Origin: Saccharofermentanales bacterium
Lineage (GTDB): Bacteria; Bacillota; Clostridia; Saccharofermentanales; UBA5734
Direction of reading: 5' to 3'
Length of the DNA stretch: 63,596 nucleotides
NCBI GenBank assembly: GCA_038326615.1
Contig: JBBQKF010000006.1
Location: 1 to 63,596 of the forward strand
Part shown: positions 39,289-50,225 of the stretch, piece by piece
How the letters are laid out: each line of letters begins with the position of its first letter
Numbering within the stretch: the stretch's first letter is position 1
The notes under the pieces: generated by a model
The model's database searches: none
Told to the model about the DNA's origin: nothing
Seen by the model: only the letters and a program-made list of their open reading frames with translations
Position numbers and translations under genes: made by a program

Positions 39289-40308
39289 TTATTTTTTGAT
39301 CAGTTCAGCCCAGTTTGCCAATGTTGCAACTTTGCCGTTTACATGTGTGACTAGCGGCATTGCAGTTCCGTTCTTAATTTTATTGTATAGTGTCTGCATC
39401 GCGATTTCACCTTCGCCATATGGGTTCAAAACAACTGTCATATAGCTGTCGTTTCCTTTTTCGAATTCCTGAACAGCCATCGAATACCCACCAAGTCCAC
39501 AAGCCAAAATGTTCTTAAGTGGAATTTTGCCTTGTTCTTCAAGCGCTTTTAGGAATGCGACAGCTGAGTCATCATTGACTGCACCACATATCCAATGAGT
39601 AACCTCAGGATGTGCTTGTATTGTTGCTTGTGCAGCAGCCAATGAGTCTTCCAGCATACATTCCGAAGTTTCCACGTAGATAAAATTACTATCTTTTAAA
39701 GGAGTTTTTGCCATTAAGGCTTCTTTATAACCATCTAACCTTGGCCTTAAAACAGAAATATCAGGAGCATCAATTTGCATTACAGCAACAACATTACCCG
39801 CTGCAAAGAAATTTCTTTCATTTGCATATTTAGCGAGCATTTCGCCGCCCAAAACTCCTACATCTTTAGTAGGCATTCCGACATGTGCAACAGGTTTTTT
39901 GTTTTCATCTACGATATTGTCATCAAGTGTTATTAGTTCGACTCCCTTTTCTCTGCATTTGATTGCAAGAGCCGGTCCATTTCCTTGATTAGTGATGCAG
40001 ATGGCTAATCCATCAATATCCTGAGCCAGAGCGTTGTCGATAGCAGCATCACAAGCCTCATCTTTTAAGTTAGCATCGATGGAAAAATATTCAACTCCAA
40101 GTTCCTTTGCTTTAGCTTTCAATCCTTCATCTTCAGAAACAAACCATGGATTCGTCAGCATCTTACTGATGTATGCAATTTTTATCTTGTCTTTTGCACC
40201 ATTTGATTCAGTTGAAGCTGATTCTTTTGATGTTCCCGCTCCATTATTACATGAAGCTACTGAAAGGAGCATCAATGCGGTCATTACCATTGCCAAAACT
40301 TTTTTCAT
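39289..40308 (-). CDS. Monosaccharide-binding lipoprotein (AraF-like)
   Basis: Lipobox VASC; IAYISKMLTNPWF and LITLDD motifs; likely start ATG 40308. Confidence 0.82.
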   Translation of the reverse strand: MKKVLAMVMTALMLLSVASCNNGAGTSKESASTESNGAKDKIKIAYISKMLTNPWFVSEDEGLKAKAKELGVEYFSIDANLKDEACDAAIDNALAQDIDGLAICITNQGNGPALAIKCREKGVELITLDDNIVDENKKPVAHVGMPTKDVGVLGGEMLAKYANERNFFAAGNVVAVMQIDAPDISVLRPRLDGYKEALMAKTPLKDSNFIYVETSECMLEDSLAAAQATIQAHPEVTHWICGAVNDDSAVAFLKALEEQGKIPLKNILACGLGGYSMAVQEFEKGNDSYMTVVLNPYGEGEIAMQTLYNKIKNGTAMPLVTHVNGKVATLANWAELIKK

Positions 40309-40363
40309 TTCTATTTCCTCCATTTTTATTTTTTGTCAGAGATTATTCTCTAACTTTAACAAC

Positions 40364-40427
40364 ATTTTATCAAAGCATTGTTTTGATTTAAATGATGTAT
40401 ACTTGTTATTTAATGCAGTAAAATTGT
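40364..40427 (-). promoter_or_regulatory. Putative AraC/YesN-activated promoter of operon 2
   Basis: Extended -10 TGnTAAAAT (40364-40372); direct repeats GTATACTTGT (40397) and GTAAAATTGT (40418), 21-bp spacing. Confidence 0.45.
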
Positions 40428-40527
40428 CTTGTTGTTGTTTTTAATAAAAAAAACAGCACTAGTGCGTGCTGTTCTGTGTTTTATGTCATAAATATTTTTT
40501 TAAGACTCAAAGTACATAAATAATACT

Positions 40528-41538
40528 CTAATTCTCCATGAATATTTTGTAATTATCACATGTAATTATTTGTCCGCCTAGAACCGTCACTGTCTTAAAT
40601 CTGGTTCCATTAACAAGGTTTTCATATATCATATCAACTCCTTTTTGTCCTTCTACCTCTGGTTGTGCTGCAATAGTAATATAATTTTTATTGCCTTTCA
40701 AAAATTCGCTTTTTACTTCGTCTCTTGAGGAAAGACCCAATCCACAGGCAATAATATTTTTGTCCAAAACACCGTTTTCCCTTAAAATCCATAGCGGTGC
40801 AATAGCACTTTCGTCATTAACTCCTGTAATAATCCAATGGGTTATTTTTGTATATTTCTTTAGAGCTTCTTTCACTTTTGGTAGGTTTTCCTTTATCATC
40901 CCTGTCGAGCTTTCGATAATAATGAAATCCTTTTCCTTTAAAGGGGTTTGAGCCTTGAGAGCTTCCCTATATCCGACCAGTCGTTCTCCGATGACAGAAA
41001 GAGTAGGAACATCTATTTGTATAACACCTACAATGTTTCCTTCATCAAAAAACCCCTTTTCGTTTGCGAGTTTCGCTAGCGCTGTCCCACCCAAAATGCA
41101 TAATTCCGTTGTCGCCATTCCTATATGTGGGAGTTGAATCCCGTTTTTATCTTTCATCGAATCATCGATTGTTACAAGATTTACACTTGCCTTCACACAT
41201 TTCTCTGCAATGACTGGTCCTAATTCCTGATTGGTCGTGCAGATCAATATTCCATCCGCTCCCCAATTTATTGCATCATCAACAAACTGAATACACTTTT
41301 CGTCATTATACTCGGCATCCAAAGGCAGATACTCAATATCATATTTTTTGCAACTGTTCTCAATGCCTTTAGAAACCTGTTGAAACCAAGAATTTGAAAG
41401 TTGCTTGCATATATAGGCAATCTTGAACTTTTCATTTTTACTATTCTTTTGGTCATTAAGCGAAATGAAAATACTGATAAGTATAGCGGAAACGAGAATA
41501 ATTGCAATACCCGTTGGCAATAATGTTTTCTTTTTCAT
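40528..41538 (-). CDS. Membrane-anchored sugar-binding protein, paralog of 39289..40308 (probable sensor accessory)
   Basis: N-terminal TM; IAYICKQLSNSWF, KTPLK-like and THWII blocks shared with the neighbour. Confidence 0.8.
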   Translation of the reverse strand: MKKKTLLPTGIAIILVSAILISIFISLNDQKNSKNEKFKIAYICKQLSNSWFQQVSKGIENSCKKYDIEYLPLDAEYNDEKCIQFVDDAINWGADGILICTTNQELGPVIAEKCVKASVNLVTIDDSMKDKNGIQLPHIGMATTELCILGGTALAKLANEKGFFDEGNIVGVIQIDVPTLSVIGERLVGYREALKAQTPLKEKDFIIIESSTGMIKENLPKVKEALKKYTKITHWIITGVNDESAIAPLWILRENGVLDKNIIACGLGLSSRDEVKSEFLKGNKNYITIAAQPEVEGQKGVDMIYENLVNGTRFKTVTVLGGQIITCDNYKIFMEN

Positions 41539-41640
41539 TTATTTATCTAAATAACTTATCATTGTGTGACAAATTATTCAGGCCTCCTTTCTCAAATTTA
41601 TATATGCTCATTTAAAATGCATTTGCATCTTCTATTTGAA

Positions 41641-42909
41641 TTATTTATTGATAATGGCAAAATCCTCTAAATCCATTTTGCCACTAATCAGCTTATGATA
41701 ATTATCCAAAATCACACTTCTGTTTTTTGTGTAAGAATTTAAAACAGGCTGTGTTTTCCCATTTTCTGACATAAAAAACAGATAGTTTGAATGCGCTGGA
41801 AAATGCACATCTCCAAAACTAGTATAGAACACCATGTTTAGGGATGAAAATAACCGTTCTCCTTGTTCCAGTCGGATTTTTTGCCCAAAACTACTTACAA
41901 AAAATCGAACAAATTTCTTTGAAATCTCCGCATTATTGCTTTTCGCTACTGCAATTTGAGGAACTTCAATTACAGTTGAAGAAAAATTCGAACCAATCAT
42001 CGGCATTGGTACAACATCCCACTCAAATCCTATTGGTTTAGATAATTCATATATATAATCAATTGGCCCTACAACCATAGGAACGGCTTCAGATCGAAAC
42101 AAACTCAATGAATCCGATCCCCACTGAAGTTCGTTCGAGTACAAAACAACTCCTGACTTTATCAACGCTGTCAAGACTGACAGTGCTTCGATTCCTTTTT
42201 CATCAAGAATTAGTTTGTTGTTTTCATTGAATCCCATTATTTTACCGCCATTACCAATGATAAAACTATAAAAACTTTGCCATTCAGGTGATATTGCGAA
42301 AACAGGTTGTTGCGTCTTTGAATAAATAAATCTGCAATATAAATCGAAATTTCTCAAATTCCATGCCTTATTATCCATGAATTCTTGAGGAGTCTGTTGT
42401 CCTTTCCAGTTCAATTTGACTTTATTGTAATAAATACAATATGGCCTTACACCTGTTGGTAAAGCATATTGCGCGCCAAAAACTTTTCCTTCCTGCAAAG
42501 CAACTTCAATAAACGTGTCGCCCTCCGACTGAATCTCTAAAAGGATGTCATCTAGTGGCTCCAATTTCTTTTTCAATTGTTGAAGGCTTTGTTGGTCAGC
42601 ATAAAAAATGTCAAATGGTTCACCAGCAGAATATTGGGAAACAACAATTGTTTGAAGTGATTCTAATGATGAGAAAGAATAGATATCTACTTCACAATTA
42701 TTCTCACGTTCAAAATATTTAACAGTTTCACTAATAATTCTTCTTTGTTCTGCGTCTCCATATACTGCAAATGTTATCGTTTTTTTTGATTCTTGAACCT
42801 TAATAACCTCTTCTTTTCCTAATAGACTAATCGAAATCAGGGAAATGCCTGAAATAAGTAGTACTGCCATGATAATATATAGAAAAGTGTATTTTCTATC
42901 TGTTCTCAT
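41641..42909 (-). CDS. Extracellular solute-binding protein (family 1)
   Basis: N-terminal TM, QYALP...IYYNK and WDVVPMP motifs; start overlaps the response-regulator stop. Confidence 0.75.
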   Translation of the reverse strand: MRTDRKYTFLYIIMAVLLISGISLISISLLGKEEVIKVQESKKTITFAVYGDAEQRRIISETVKYFERENNCEVDIYSFSSLESLQTIVVSQYSAGEPFDIFYADQQSLQQLKKKLEPLDDILLEIQSEGDTFIEVALQEGKVFGAQYALPTGVRPYCIYYNKVKLNWKGQQTPQEFMDNKAWNLRNFDLYCRFIYSKTQQPVFAISPEWQSFYSFIIGNGGKIMGFNENNKLILDEKGIEALSVLTALIKSGVVLYSNELQWGSDSLSLFRSEAVPMVVGPIDYIYELSKPIGFEWDVVPMPMIGSNFSSTVIEVPQIAVAKSNNAEISKKFVRFFVSSFGQKIRLEQGERLFSSLNMVFYTSFGDVHFPAHSNYLFFMSENGKTQPVLNSYTKNRSVILDNYHKLISGKMDLEDFAIINK

Positions 42910-44492
42910 CTACTTTTACTCCTGTATTCGCTAGGAGTTACTCCAACATTCTTTTTGAAGAGTTCGCTGAAATACCTCACACTAATAAATCCAACTTTTT
43001 CGGAAACTTCATAGTTTTTGAATTCAGGATTATTGGTCAACAATTCCTTTGCTTTACTCATTCGGATATTTGTCAAATAAGAAATGAAATTTTCTCCAAT
43101 TATTCTCTTAAATATTTTGCTGAAATACCATTTACTCATAAAGACCTGGGACGCTATACTATCCAAATTAATATCCTTATTGTAATTATCATTAATAATT
43201 TTTTTTGCTATTTCCATGGCCTGGAAGTATCTACTGCTTATTCTTTTGGTCATAACATTATCAATCAATACTGCAATTGCATAAAAGCTATCGGATATAT
43301 CGTTTAAGGTTTTTGCATGAGTTATTGATTCTAAAGGAATTATAAAGGAATCAAACAAGTCTTCGATTTTTCCACACGAAGAACAATAAGTTGTTACGCC
43401 TAGAACTATTGCCTCAAGCGCAGTATTTCTAGACATATTTTCGTCTCTGGATTCAACTATTTTTGATTGAATTATCCTTGCCTCATTAAGTATGTCTTCA
43501 CCATTTTGGATAGCGTTGATAAAATCTTTTATTGTTATTTTCTCATCACTAGTCGAATTGCAATGGTTTATGGCATTATTAAATATTACTTTGCTGTCAC
43601 CAACAAACACTCTTTGCTCTAAACATTCATCAACCTCTTTTCTTGCCCATCTCAGTTTGTCAATATTTTCGTATATGTCACTAACACCAACACTCACAGT
43701 AAATTTTCCTTGAGTTTTAACATGAATACATAATTCTTTTAAGAATTCCTCTAATTCTTCTTTCGAATAATTCATGCATTCCACAATGGCATAGATACAT
43801 CTATCACGTATAATTGTAGTAGCAGCAATCTGCGTCTTTGCAATTAAATCATCAAATATATTCTTAGTTAAAAACATAAGAATATTTATATCCTCTTCTG
43901 TAAAGTATGTTTCAAGTTCACTGAAAGAATCAAGACTAATACCTAAAAGGCGATATGATTTTGTATTAATATCATAATACTTAGCTTTACTCTCAACGTC
44001 AGCAATTTTGATAAAAGGTCTGAACATTAATTCGTACAAAAATTTATCTTTTAATTGATCCTTTGAGTTTCTGACTATATCTCTTAACTTTTCGGTTTCG
44101 TCAGTAATTTGGATTTTGTTTCTAATTTCTTTAGCTAACTCTCGTACTGCAGACTCCAATTCATCCGGATCTGTTGGTTTTAATAAATAGTTGGAGACAC
44201 CCATTTTTATTGCTTGCTTAACAAAGTCAAATTCCTTGTACCCTGTTAATAGAATTATTTTCACACCAGAATACGTGTTCAATATGCGGTCTGAAAGTTC
44301 CAAACCATCCATTTCTGGCATCATAATATCACTTATTACAATATCAGGCGCACATATTTCGATTTGCCGAATAGCATCATTACCATTTTCAGCCAATGCT
44401 ATTACTTCACAATCCATCGATTCCCAGTCCAATGAATTTGCTATTCCATTTCTTATTATGGGTTCATCTTCAACAATCATTATTTTCAACAT
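42906..44492 (-). CDS. YesN-type response regulator (receiver + AraC HTH)
   Basis: IVEDE, SDIMMPEMDG and YLLKP motifs; C-terminal YFSELFKK...TPSEYR. Confidence 0.92.
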   Translation of the reverse strand: MLKIMIVEDEPIIRNGIANSLDWESMDCEVIALAENGNDAIRQIEICAPDIVISDIMMPEMDGLELSDRILNTYSGVKIILLTGYKEFDFVKQAIKMGVSNYLLKPTDPDELESAVRELAKEIRNKIQITDETEKLRDIVRNSKDQLKDKFLYELMFRPFIKIADVESKAKYYDINTKSYRLLGISLDSFSELETYFTEEDINILMFLTKNIFDDLIAKTQIAATTIIRDRCIYAIVECMNYSKEELEEFLKELCIHVKTQGKFTVSVGVSDIYENIDKLRWARKEVDECLEQRVFVGDSKVIFNNAINHCNSTSDEKITIKDFINAIQNGEDILNEARIIQSKIVESRDENMSRNTALEAIVLGVTTYCSSCGKIEDLFDSFIIPLESITHAKTLNDISDSFYAIAVLIDNVMTKRISSRYFQAMEIAKKIINDNYNKDINLDSIASQVFMSKWYFSKIFKRIIGENFISYLTNIRMSKAKELLTNNPEFKNYEVSEKVGFISVRYFSELFKKNVGVTPSEYRSKSR

Positions 44493-44493
44493 A

Positions 44494-46287
44494 TCATATA
44501 CCCCCATCATTAAAATCAGTTTCTAGTTTCAAAGGAACTCTAATTGTAATTATTGTTCCTTTGTCAATAATGCTTTCCAATTGTATGCCGTAAGCTTCAC
44601 CAAATAAAAGCTTGATTCTATTATGCACGTTTTTTAAACCAACACCAGTATGACCTTCAACATCTTCTTCAATATCTTCTTCCATCACTTGATTAATGCG
44701 TTCACTAGTCATTCCTATCCCATCATCTTTAATAATCAATTCCAGAGTGTTTTCTACATGCCTGGCAGAAACTTCAATTCTTCCAGATCCGGATTTGTTA
44801 TTCAACCCATGCACTAAAGCATTTTCAATTATGGGCTGTAGTGTGCTCCTGGGAATAACACAACTTATATAATCGGCTGGAACATTTGCTTCAAAATTTA
44901 ATCTCTCGCCATATCGCAGTTTCTGAATTGTTATATAATCATTAATGCCCTCTAGTTCATCGCCCAAGCGAATTACATTTTGCTTTCCAGATATACTTCT
45001 TCGGAGTAGCCGCCCAAGTGCAATTGTAATCCTACTTATTTCTTTTTGTCCTACATTTATTGCTAACCAGTTTATAGAGTCAAGTGTGTTGTATATGAAA
45101 TGAGGATTTATCTGAGCTCTTAAATATTTATATTCGGCGTCTTGAAGGATTAGTTTCTTCTTATAATCTTCTTCAATTAATATTCTTATTTTTTTAACCA
45201 TTAAATTAAAATCTTGTGCAAGCTCTCCAAATTCATCCCCTCGGCAATCATCGGCATAAACATCAAAATCCTCTTTTTTAACTTTTTCCATTTCACCCAT
45301 TAATTGTTTTATTGGCTTTACCATTGAATTGGTGTATATTCTTACAATGAACAAAATTATTGCTAGTGCAATTAAAATAATACCAAATATTATGTATCTG
45401 GTTTTATTTACAGAACTCATTATCTCTTTGTATGGTGTTGCTTGAACTATTGTCCAACTGGTATAATCTGATTTTTTTGAAATGTAATTATAATTATTTA
45501 CAATTGTGTCTAATCCATTACCATTTTTTATGGATTTATAGATTTCTTCAAAATTAGTCTCGCTTTTTGCATCTGTTGATATTATATCTCCCTTTTCATC
45601 AAATATTGCAAAATAACTTCCTGATGTTGTTTTTAAGTTTGAATATGATTTTGCAATTTGTTCCCCTCTAATACCTATAACCAATAATCCTATCTTATTC
45701 ATATATTCTACATCATAAACATCTCTTATTCCGAGTATAATGTTATCGTTTTTCATAAGTTTAACCCATTTTATCTGGCCATCAGTTTTTTTAGCATATT
45801 CTGAAATTAAATCACGCATATTCCAAAATCCGTCAACAAGCACTTCTGCTTCGGTACTTGTAGCTATTGAATACTCCTCACTATCAGTCCTAATTAAATA
45901 AAATAACTCTATACCTAATCTAGTATTTGTCATAATCTGCATTTTATTAATTACATTTTGCATGTCTAATTTTCGATCTCTTAATGTACTATTAGTATAA
46001 TCCCTCCTTAACATTTTTTGGATATCTTGATTCCATTGAAAGTTTAACATGACATTATCTAGCTCTTCTAATTCTTTTTCAATATTAACAACCGCTTGTA
46101 TCACAAATTGATTACTTGAATTTTCAAATTGCTTATTTGTTGTTTTACTCATCATCTGGCTAAAAACAAGTGCAAAAAACACCAGGGGAACTACAACTAA
46201 AATCAGGAAAAAAACTAACAATTTCTCTCCTATTGTCATTTTCAAAAAAACTCTTTTAATGAATAATTTTTTCACTTTGTTTTCCAC
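44494..46287 (-). CDS. YesM/LytS-type sensor histidine kinase
   Basis: HAMP (DEFGELAQDFN), LRAQINPHFIYNTL, LQPIIENA and DDGIG motifs. Confidence 0.92.
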   Translation of the reverse strand: MENKVKKLFIKRVFLKMTIGEKLLVFFLILVVVPLVFFALVFSQMMSKTTNKQFENSSNQFVIQAVVNIEKELEELDNVMLNFQWNQDIQKMLRRDYTNSTLRDRKLDMQNVINKMQIMTNTRLGIELFYLIRTDSEEYSIATSTEAEVLVDGFWNMRDLISEYAKKTDGQIKWVKLMKNDNIILGIRDVYDVEYMNKIGLLVIGIRGEQIAKSYSNLKTTSGSYFAIFDEKGDIISTDAKSETNFEEIYKSIKNGNGLDTIVNNYNYISKKSDYTSWTIVQATPYKEIMSSVNKTRYIIFGIILIALAIILFIVRIYTNSMVKPIKQLMGEMEKVKKEDFDVYADDCRGDEFGELAQDFNLMVKKIRILIEEDYKKKLILQDAEYKYLRAQINPHFIYNTLDSINWLAINVGQKEISRITIALGRLLRRSISGKQNVIRLGDELEGINDYITIQKLRYGERLNFEANVPADYISCVIPRSTLQPIIENALVHGLNNKSGSGRIEVSARHVENTLELIIKDDGIGMTSERINQVMEEDIEEDVEGHTGVGLKNVHNRIKLLFGEAYGIQLESIIDKGTIITIRVPLKLETDFNDGGI

Positions 46288-46317
46288 CTACTTGTATTTT
46301 TTAAATAGAAATCGGGG

Positions 46318-47226
46318 TTATGAAACTACAAATTCAAAAACTTCTTTATATCGAAAATCTTTTTTTGTAGTTTGATTGCCATTTATCATCTCTGCAAATT
46401 GAGTCAAGGCTTCCAAATTAGTCTTTGCATCCTCAATAATAAGAGAAACCATTAAATCGTCAGTCTTAGGATAATTTCCATTTATGCTTGATCTTGCCAA
46501 AACTTTATTTTTAGAATATGATAGCATTTGAAAATTAGTATCACTGAAAAAAACACATATTCCATCAAATTTCGTAAAATCATCTTCTCCGCTTACAAGT
46601 GTTATTTTGCCATCCATTAAAACAATATGTCTGCCACTTATATAAGCCTCTGGAACGATTTCTCTTAATCCTTCGATTAGTCCTTGCTCAATCATCTTCC
46701 ATTCATATTCAAGAGAATATAGACCTATTTTGGGAGAACTAATTCCTTTTTTTATAAATATATCTCCCATTTTTTTACCAATCAGATATCCTACATATGT
46801 GTAATTAATTGAGACCGAGATGTCATTTTGGTAATAATCTCCACCAAATTCGATGACAGTCACATCAGAATTATTGATATTTTTCAAATAACTATCAATT
46901 TCATAATTATAGGGCAAAGAGACAACTATCCCTGATGTTTTTGATAAGTCAATCAATTCGCTGATTTTTGAATAATCAGTATCCACTAAATCAACAATTT
47001 CAACTGATATGCTATACGTACTTATAATACTTCTTATAGTTTCAAGGTCTGGCTGCATAAGTATCGGGTTTTTCGAATCATAAATAACTGAAATGCGCAT
47101 GTTTTTATTGTTTTCTAGTTTAATGTCCGGAACTTGTAAAGACGGCTCTAATTTACATCCGAAAAAAGCTAGTGATATTACTAATGTAGCAAGCAGGCAG
47201 AAGCATGGTTTTTTCAAAAACAGCAC
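46318..47226 (-). CDS. Hypothetical lipoprotein, possibly a degenerate periplasmic-binding fold
   Basis: Signal peptide ending FFGC; SVSINYTYVGYLIG resembles sugar-binding proteins; first gene of the two-component operon. Confidence 0.55.
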   Translation of the reverse strand: MLFLKKPCFCLLATLVISLAFFGCKLEPSLQVPDIKLENNKNMRISVIYDSKNPILMQPDLETIRSIISTYSISVEIVDLVDTDYSKISELIDLSKTSGIVVSLPYNYEIDSYLKNINNSDVTVIEFGGDYYQNDISVSINYTYVGYLIGKKMGDIFIKKGISSPKIGLYSLEYEWKMIEQGLIEGLREIVPEAYISGRHIVLMDGKITLVSGEDDFTKFDGICVFFSDTNFQMLSYSKNKVLARSSINGNYPKTDDLMVSLIIEDAKTNLEALTQFAEMINGNQTTKKDFRYKEVFEFVVS

Positions 47227-47726
47227 CTCTCAATTTCAACATTTTCGCTTAGGCTCCAATTTCACATCTTTAAACCGGCGATTACAATAATTATTAAATT
47301 TTCCTATTCAGAAATACTCTAATTCTAAATTGCAAGTAATGCTTCGTTTATTCCCTAATATTTGTTTAATTTACCATATTTCAGTATCAATGTCTACTGC
47401 TTATGGATAAATTCCCAGTATTTTCATAAGTGGCATTTTATTTTTCCATTTGCATTAATTTATATAAAAGTTTTACAATTTGCAAGCAAAAATCATCAAT
47501 AATCAAATAAAATTGAATTGGAATATTAATTTCGATTCGTTTTTCTATTAGAAAAGTTATAAATGATCCAACCCTCTTTATGCGAAGGCATTCCCGCAAT
47601 CTGGATTAATTTAAAAACTCATAAAATTGTTTTTTTTAGGTTTTTTTAATGCATTGTATGGGAAGGCAATCAACTCATAATAGTTAACAGGTTCTTTCCA
47701 GAAAGCAAGCAGTGCAGCTGCTGTCA

Positions 47727-49013
47727 CTACAGGAACTGGGAACTAAAACTTGAAGACCGTATCTGAAATCTCCAACCTTGTTCGGCCATATATGAGCTCC
47801 TAACAAGCGGACCTGATGCTACATATAAAAATCCTTCTTTAAGAGCTTGTTCTTTATACCAATCAAATTGTTCTGGCGCAATATATTCAACAACCACGTG
47901 ATGTTTTGACGACGGAGCAAGATATTGGCCAATTGTCAAAAAGTCGCAATGATTTTTACGCAAATCCTTAAACACCTTTAAAACTTCGTCCTTTGTCTCG
48001 CCAAGTCCTAACATTATTCCTGATTTCGTCAGCATTGAAGCATCGAATTCCTTGACTTTTCTTAACAAATCAAGCGATCGCTGATATTGCGCCTGTGGTC
48101 TTACAGAATCGTATAGTCTTTCAACAGTTTCAATATTGTGATTTAAAACATCAGGTTTAGCCTCAATAACAATCTTTAATGCATTCTCATCGCCTGCAAA
48201 ATCCGGTATTAAAACCTCGACAATCGCAGTTTCTAATTTATTCTCTGAGTTCTTTCCTTCTAATTTAGGTTCAGATTTATCATTTCCCAATTTGTGTTCA
48301 GATTCAGTTGCTGTTTTAGGCTCAGAGTTATTAACTTCAAATTCGATTTCTGTACCATCTTCTGCTGTTTCTGGTTTAGTTTTGTTTGATGTTAATTTTG
48401 ATTCAGATTCTAATTTTGAATTGAATTCTGATTTATTGTTTGCAAATTCGAGTTCTGTGCCATCTTCTGCAGATTTTGTAGAAAATTTCAATTCTGATTC
48501 GGTTTCTGAATTCTTTCCCTTTATCTTAAGCTCAAGTTCATCGTCTAAAATTTCGAGTTCAGATTTGTTTTCTGAAGATTTCAATTCTGCTTTTGCTTCT
48601 AAATTGTCAAAAGCTTGGTTAGATGTTTTTTTGATAGCAGAAATAACTTTAGCAAAATGTTCAGCGCCTCCATCAGCAAGGTCATCTCTTGTAACCGATG
48701 TTATAACGACATATCGCAAGCCAAGCTCTCTCACCGCTTTTGAAATATTATAAGGCTCAAGTGGATCAGGCATCGAAGGCGTTCCCTTGCTCACACAGCA
48801 AAACGTGCAATTTCTTGTACATTCTTTTCCCAATATCATAAAAGTGGCAGTCTTTCGTCCAAAGCATTCCCCGCAATTAGGACAGTTGGCCTCTTCACAT
48901 ACGGTGTGCAGGCTAAGTGCTTGAAGCATTTTCATTACTGCTTCATTGTTTGCTCCGGTGTTAGATGGAACTTTGAGCCATTGAGGCTTTGGTTTAAAAT
49001 TCGGATTGTTCAT
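47727..49013 (-). CDS. lipA: Lipoyl synthase with large internal insertion
   Basis: [42 protein letters not shown] and GPLVRSSY motifs. Confidence 0.93.
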   Translation of the reverse strand: MNNPNFKPKPQWLKVPSNTGANNEAVMKMLQALSLHTVCEEANCPNCGECFGRKTATFMILGKECTRNCTFCCVSKGTPSMPDPLEPYNISKAVRELGLRYVVITSVTRDDLADGGAEHFAKVISAIKKTSNQAFDNLEAKAELKSSENKSELEILDDELELKIKGKNSETESELKFSTKSAEDGTELEFANNKSEFNSKLESESKLTSNKTKPETAEDGTEIEFEVNNSEPKTATESEHKLGNDKSEPKLEGKNSENKLETAIVEVLIPDFAGDENALKIVIEAKPDVLNHNIETVERLYDSVRPQAQYQRSLDLLRKVKEFDASMLTKSGIMLGLGETKDEVLKVFKDLRKNHCDFLTIGQYLAPSSKHHVVVEYIAPEQFDWYKEQALKEGFLYVASGPLVRSSYMAEQGWRFQIRSSSFSSQFL

Positions 49014-49299
49014 TTTTATACTTTCGATTAACTCACTAATGATTCAATTTATGAGTTAACCACCTTTCAAATTTTGTAGTCTTCATTGTCTTTATTATTA
49101 ATTGCCAAACTTTATTAATCTTTATTATTCATAGTCAGACTTTTTCAATTTCTAATAATTTTTATTAATCTTTGATTCCATTTAAAGATCTTTACGAAGC
49201 TTTTTATTGCACTTTCCAGCCCTTGCTTTTTCTTTATTACTCGTTTACCTTTTCTATAATAATTATTTATCTTCTTAAATTCGTTTGAGTAAATATGAG

Positions 49300-49983
49300 T
49301 TAGGTCTCTATCATGTTCTCGATATCCGCTAGACTGACCCATTCGTAATCCCAACCGAAATGTTCTGCAAAACTTTTGCCAACGAGGTCAACTGTTTTAT
49401 CAAAATCCGCAACAGTCCCAGTTTCATTTGCCACGGAAGTTACTCCAAGCGACAATCCACAAGGGTTTATGACATTAAAATGTTCTAAATTAGTGTTAAC
49501 GTTAAAAGCAAATCCGTGCATGGTAACGCCATGCTGAACTGCAAGCCCAAACGCGACGATTTTGGTATCATTAACCCAAACTCCGGTATACTTGTCTTTT
49601 CGAGGATATGCCTCTATTCCAAATTCAGAATCTAGAAGATCAATCAGCGATTGCTCCATTGTACTAATAAACCAGCGTATCCCCTCATCAAACTCTTTAA
49701 GCTGAACGATGGGATACCCAACAATCTGTCCAGGACCATGGTAAGTTACATCGCCTCCCCTATTAACTTCGTAAACACTCATCCCCATATCGGCTAATTG
49801 TTCTTTGCTAAGATATATATTAGCCGAGTCAGTTCTGGTTCCTTTAGTCAAAACGGCAGGATGTTCAAGCAATAAAAGAACATTGCTTATTTTGCCTTTA
49901 AGTCTTGCATCGACAAGTCTGTACTGAAGGTCTAAAGCTTCTCCGTATGGAATTTTTCCTAATTTGCAAATTAAAATTTTCAT
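49300..49983 (-). CDS. lipB: Octanoyltransferase
   Basis: LLEHPAVLTKG, RGGDVTYHGPGQ, HGFAFNV and INPCG motifs. Confidence 0.93.
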   Translation of the reverse strand: MKILICKLGKIPYGEALDLQYRLVDARLKGKISNVLLLLEHPAVLTKGTRTDSANIYLSKEQLADMGMSVYEVNRGGDVTYHGPGQIVGYPIVQLKEFDEGIRWFISTMEQSLIDLLDSEFGIEAYPRKDKYTGVWVNDTKIVAFGLAVQHGVTMHGFAFNVNTNLEHFNVINPCGLSLGVTSVANETGTVADFDKTVDLVGKSFAEHFGWDYEWVSLADIENMIET

Positions 49984-50225
49984 GAATAAATTATACCAAA
50001 ATTTAGCTCTTTATATATTTCGATTTCGTTCCTTTTTATAAAGATTTTCGTTCTGATTTTAGTAAATAAGATTTGAGGATCAAGAATATTTAAAATAACC
50101 CCTTAGGCATTTTAGATTTTTCCACTAATGAGTTGGATGATTTTACATGCTAAATCATCAAAGTTTATCGTGCCAATTTATAATTATGTTGCTGTAATGA
50201 ATTATCACAACAATTTCAAAATTAA

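Noticed and set aside
48231-48617. Intein or intron in lipA
   Set aside because: No C-terminal His-Asn, no endonuclease motifs, low-complexity composition and no stops
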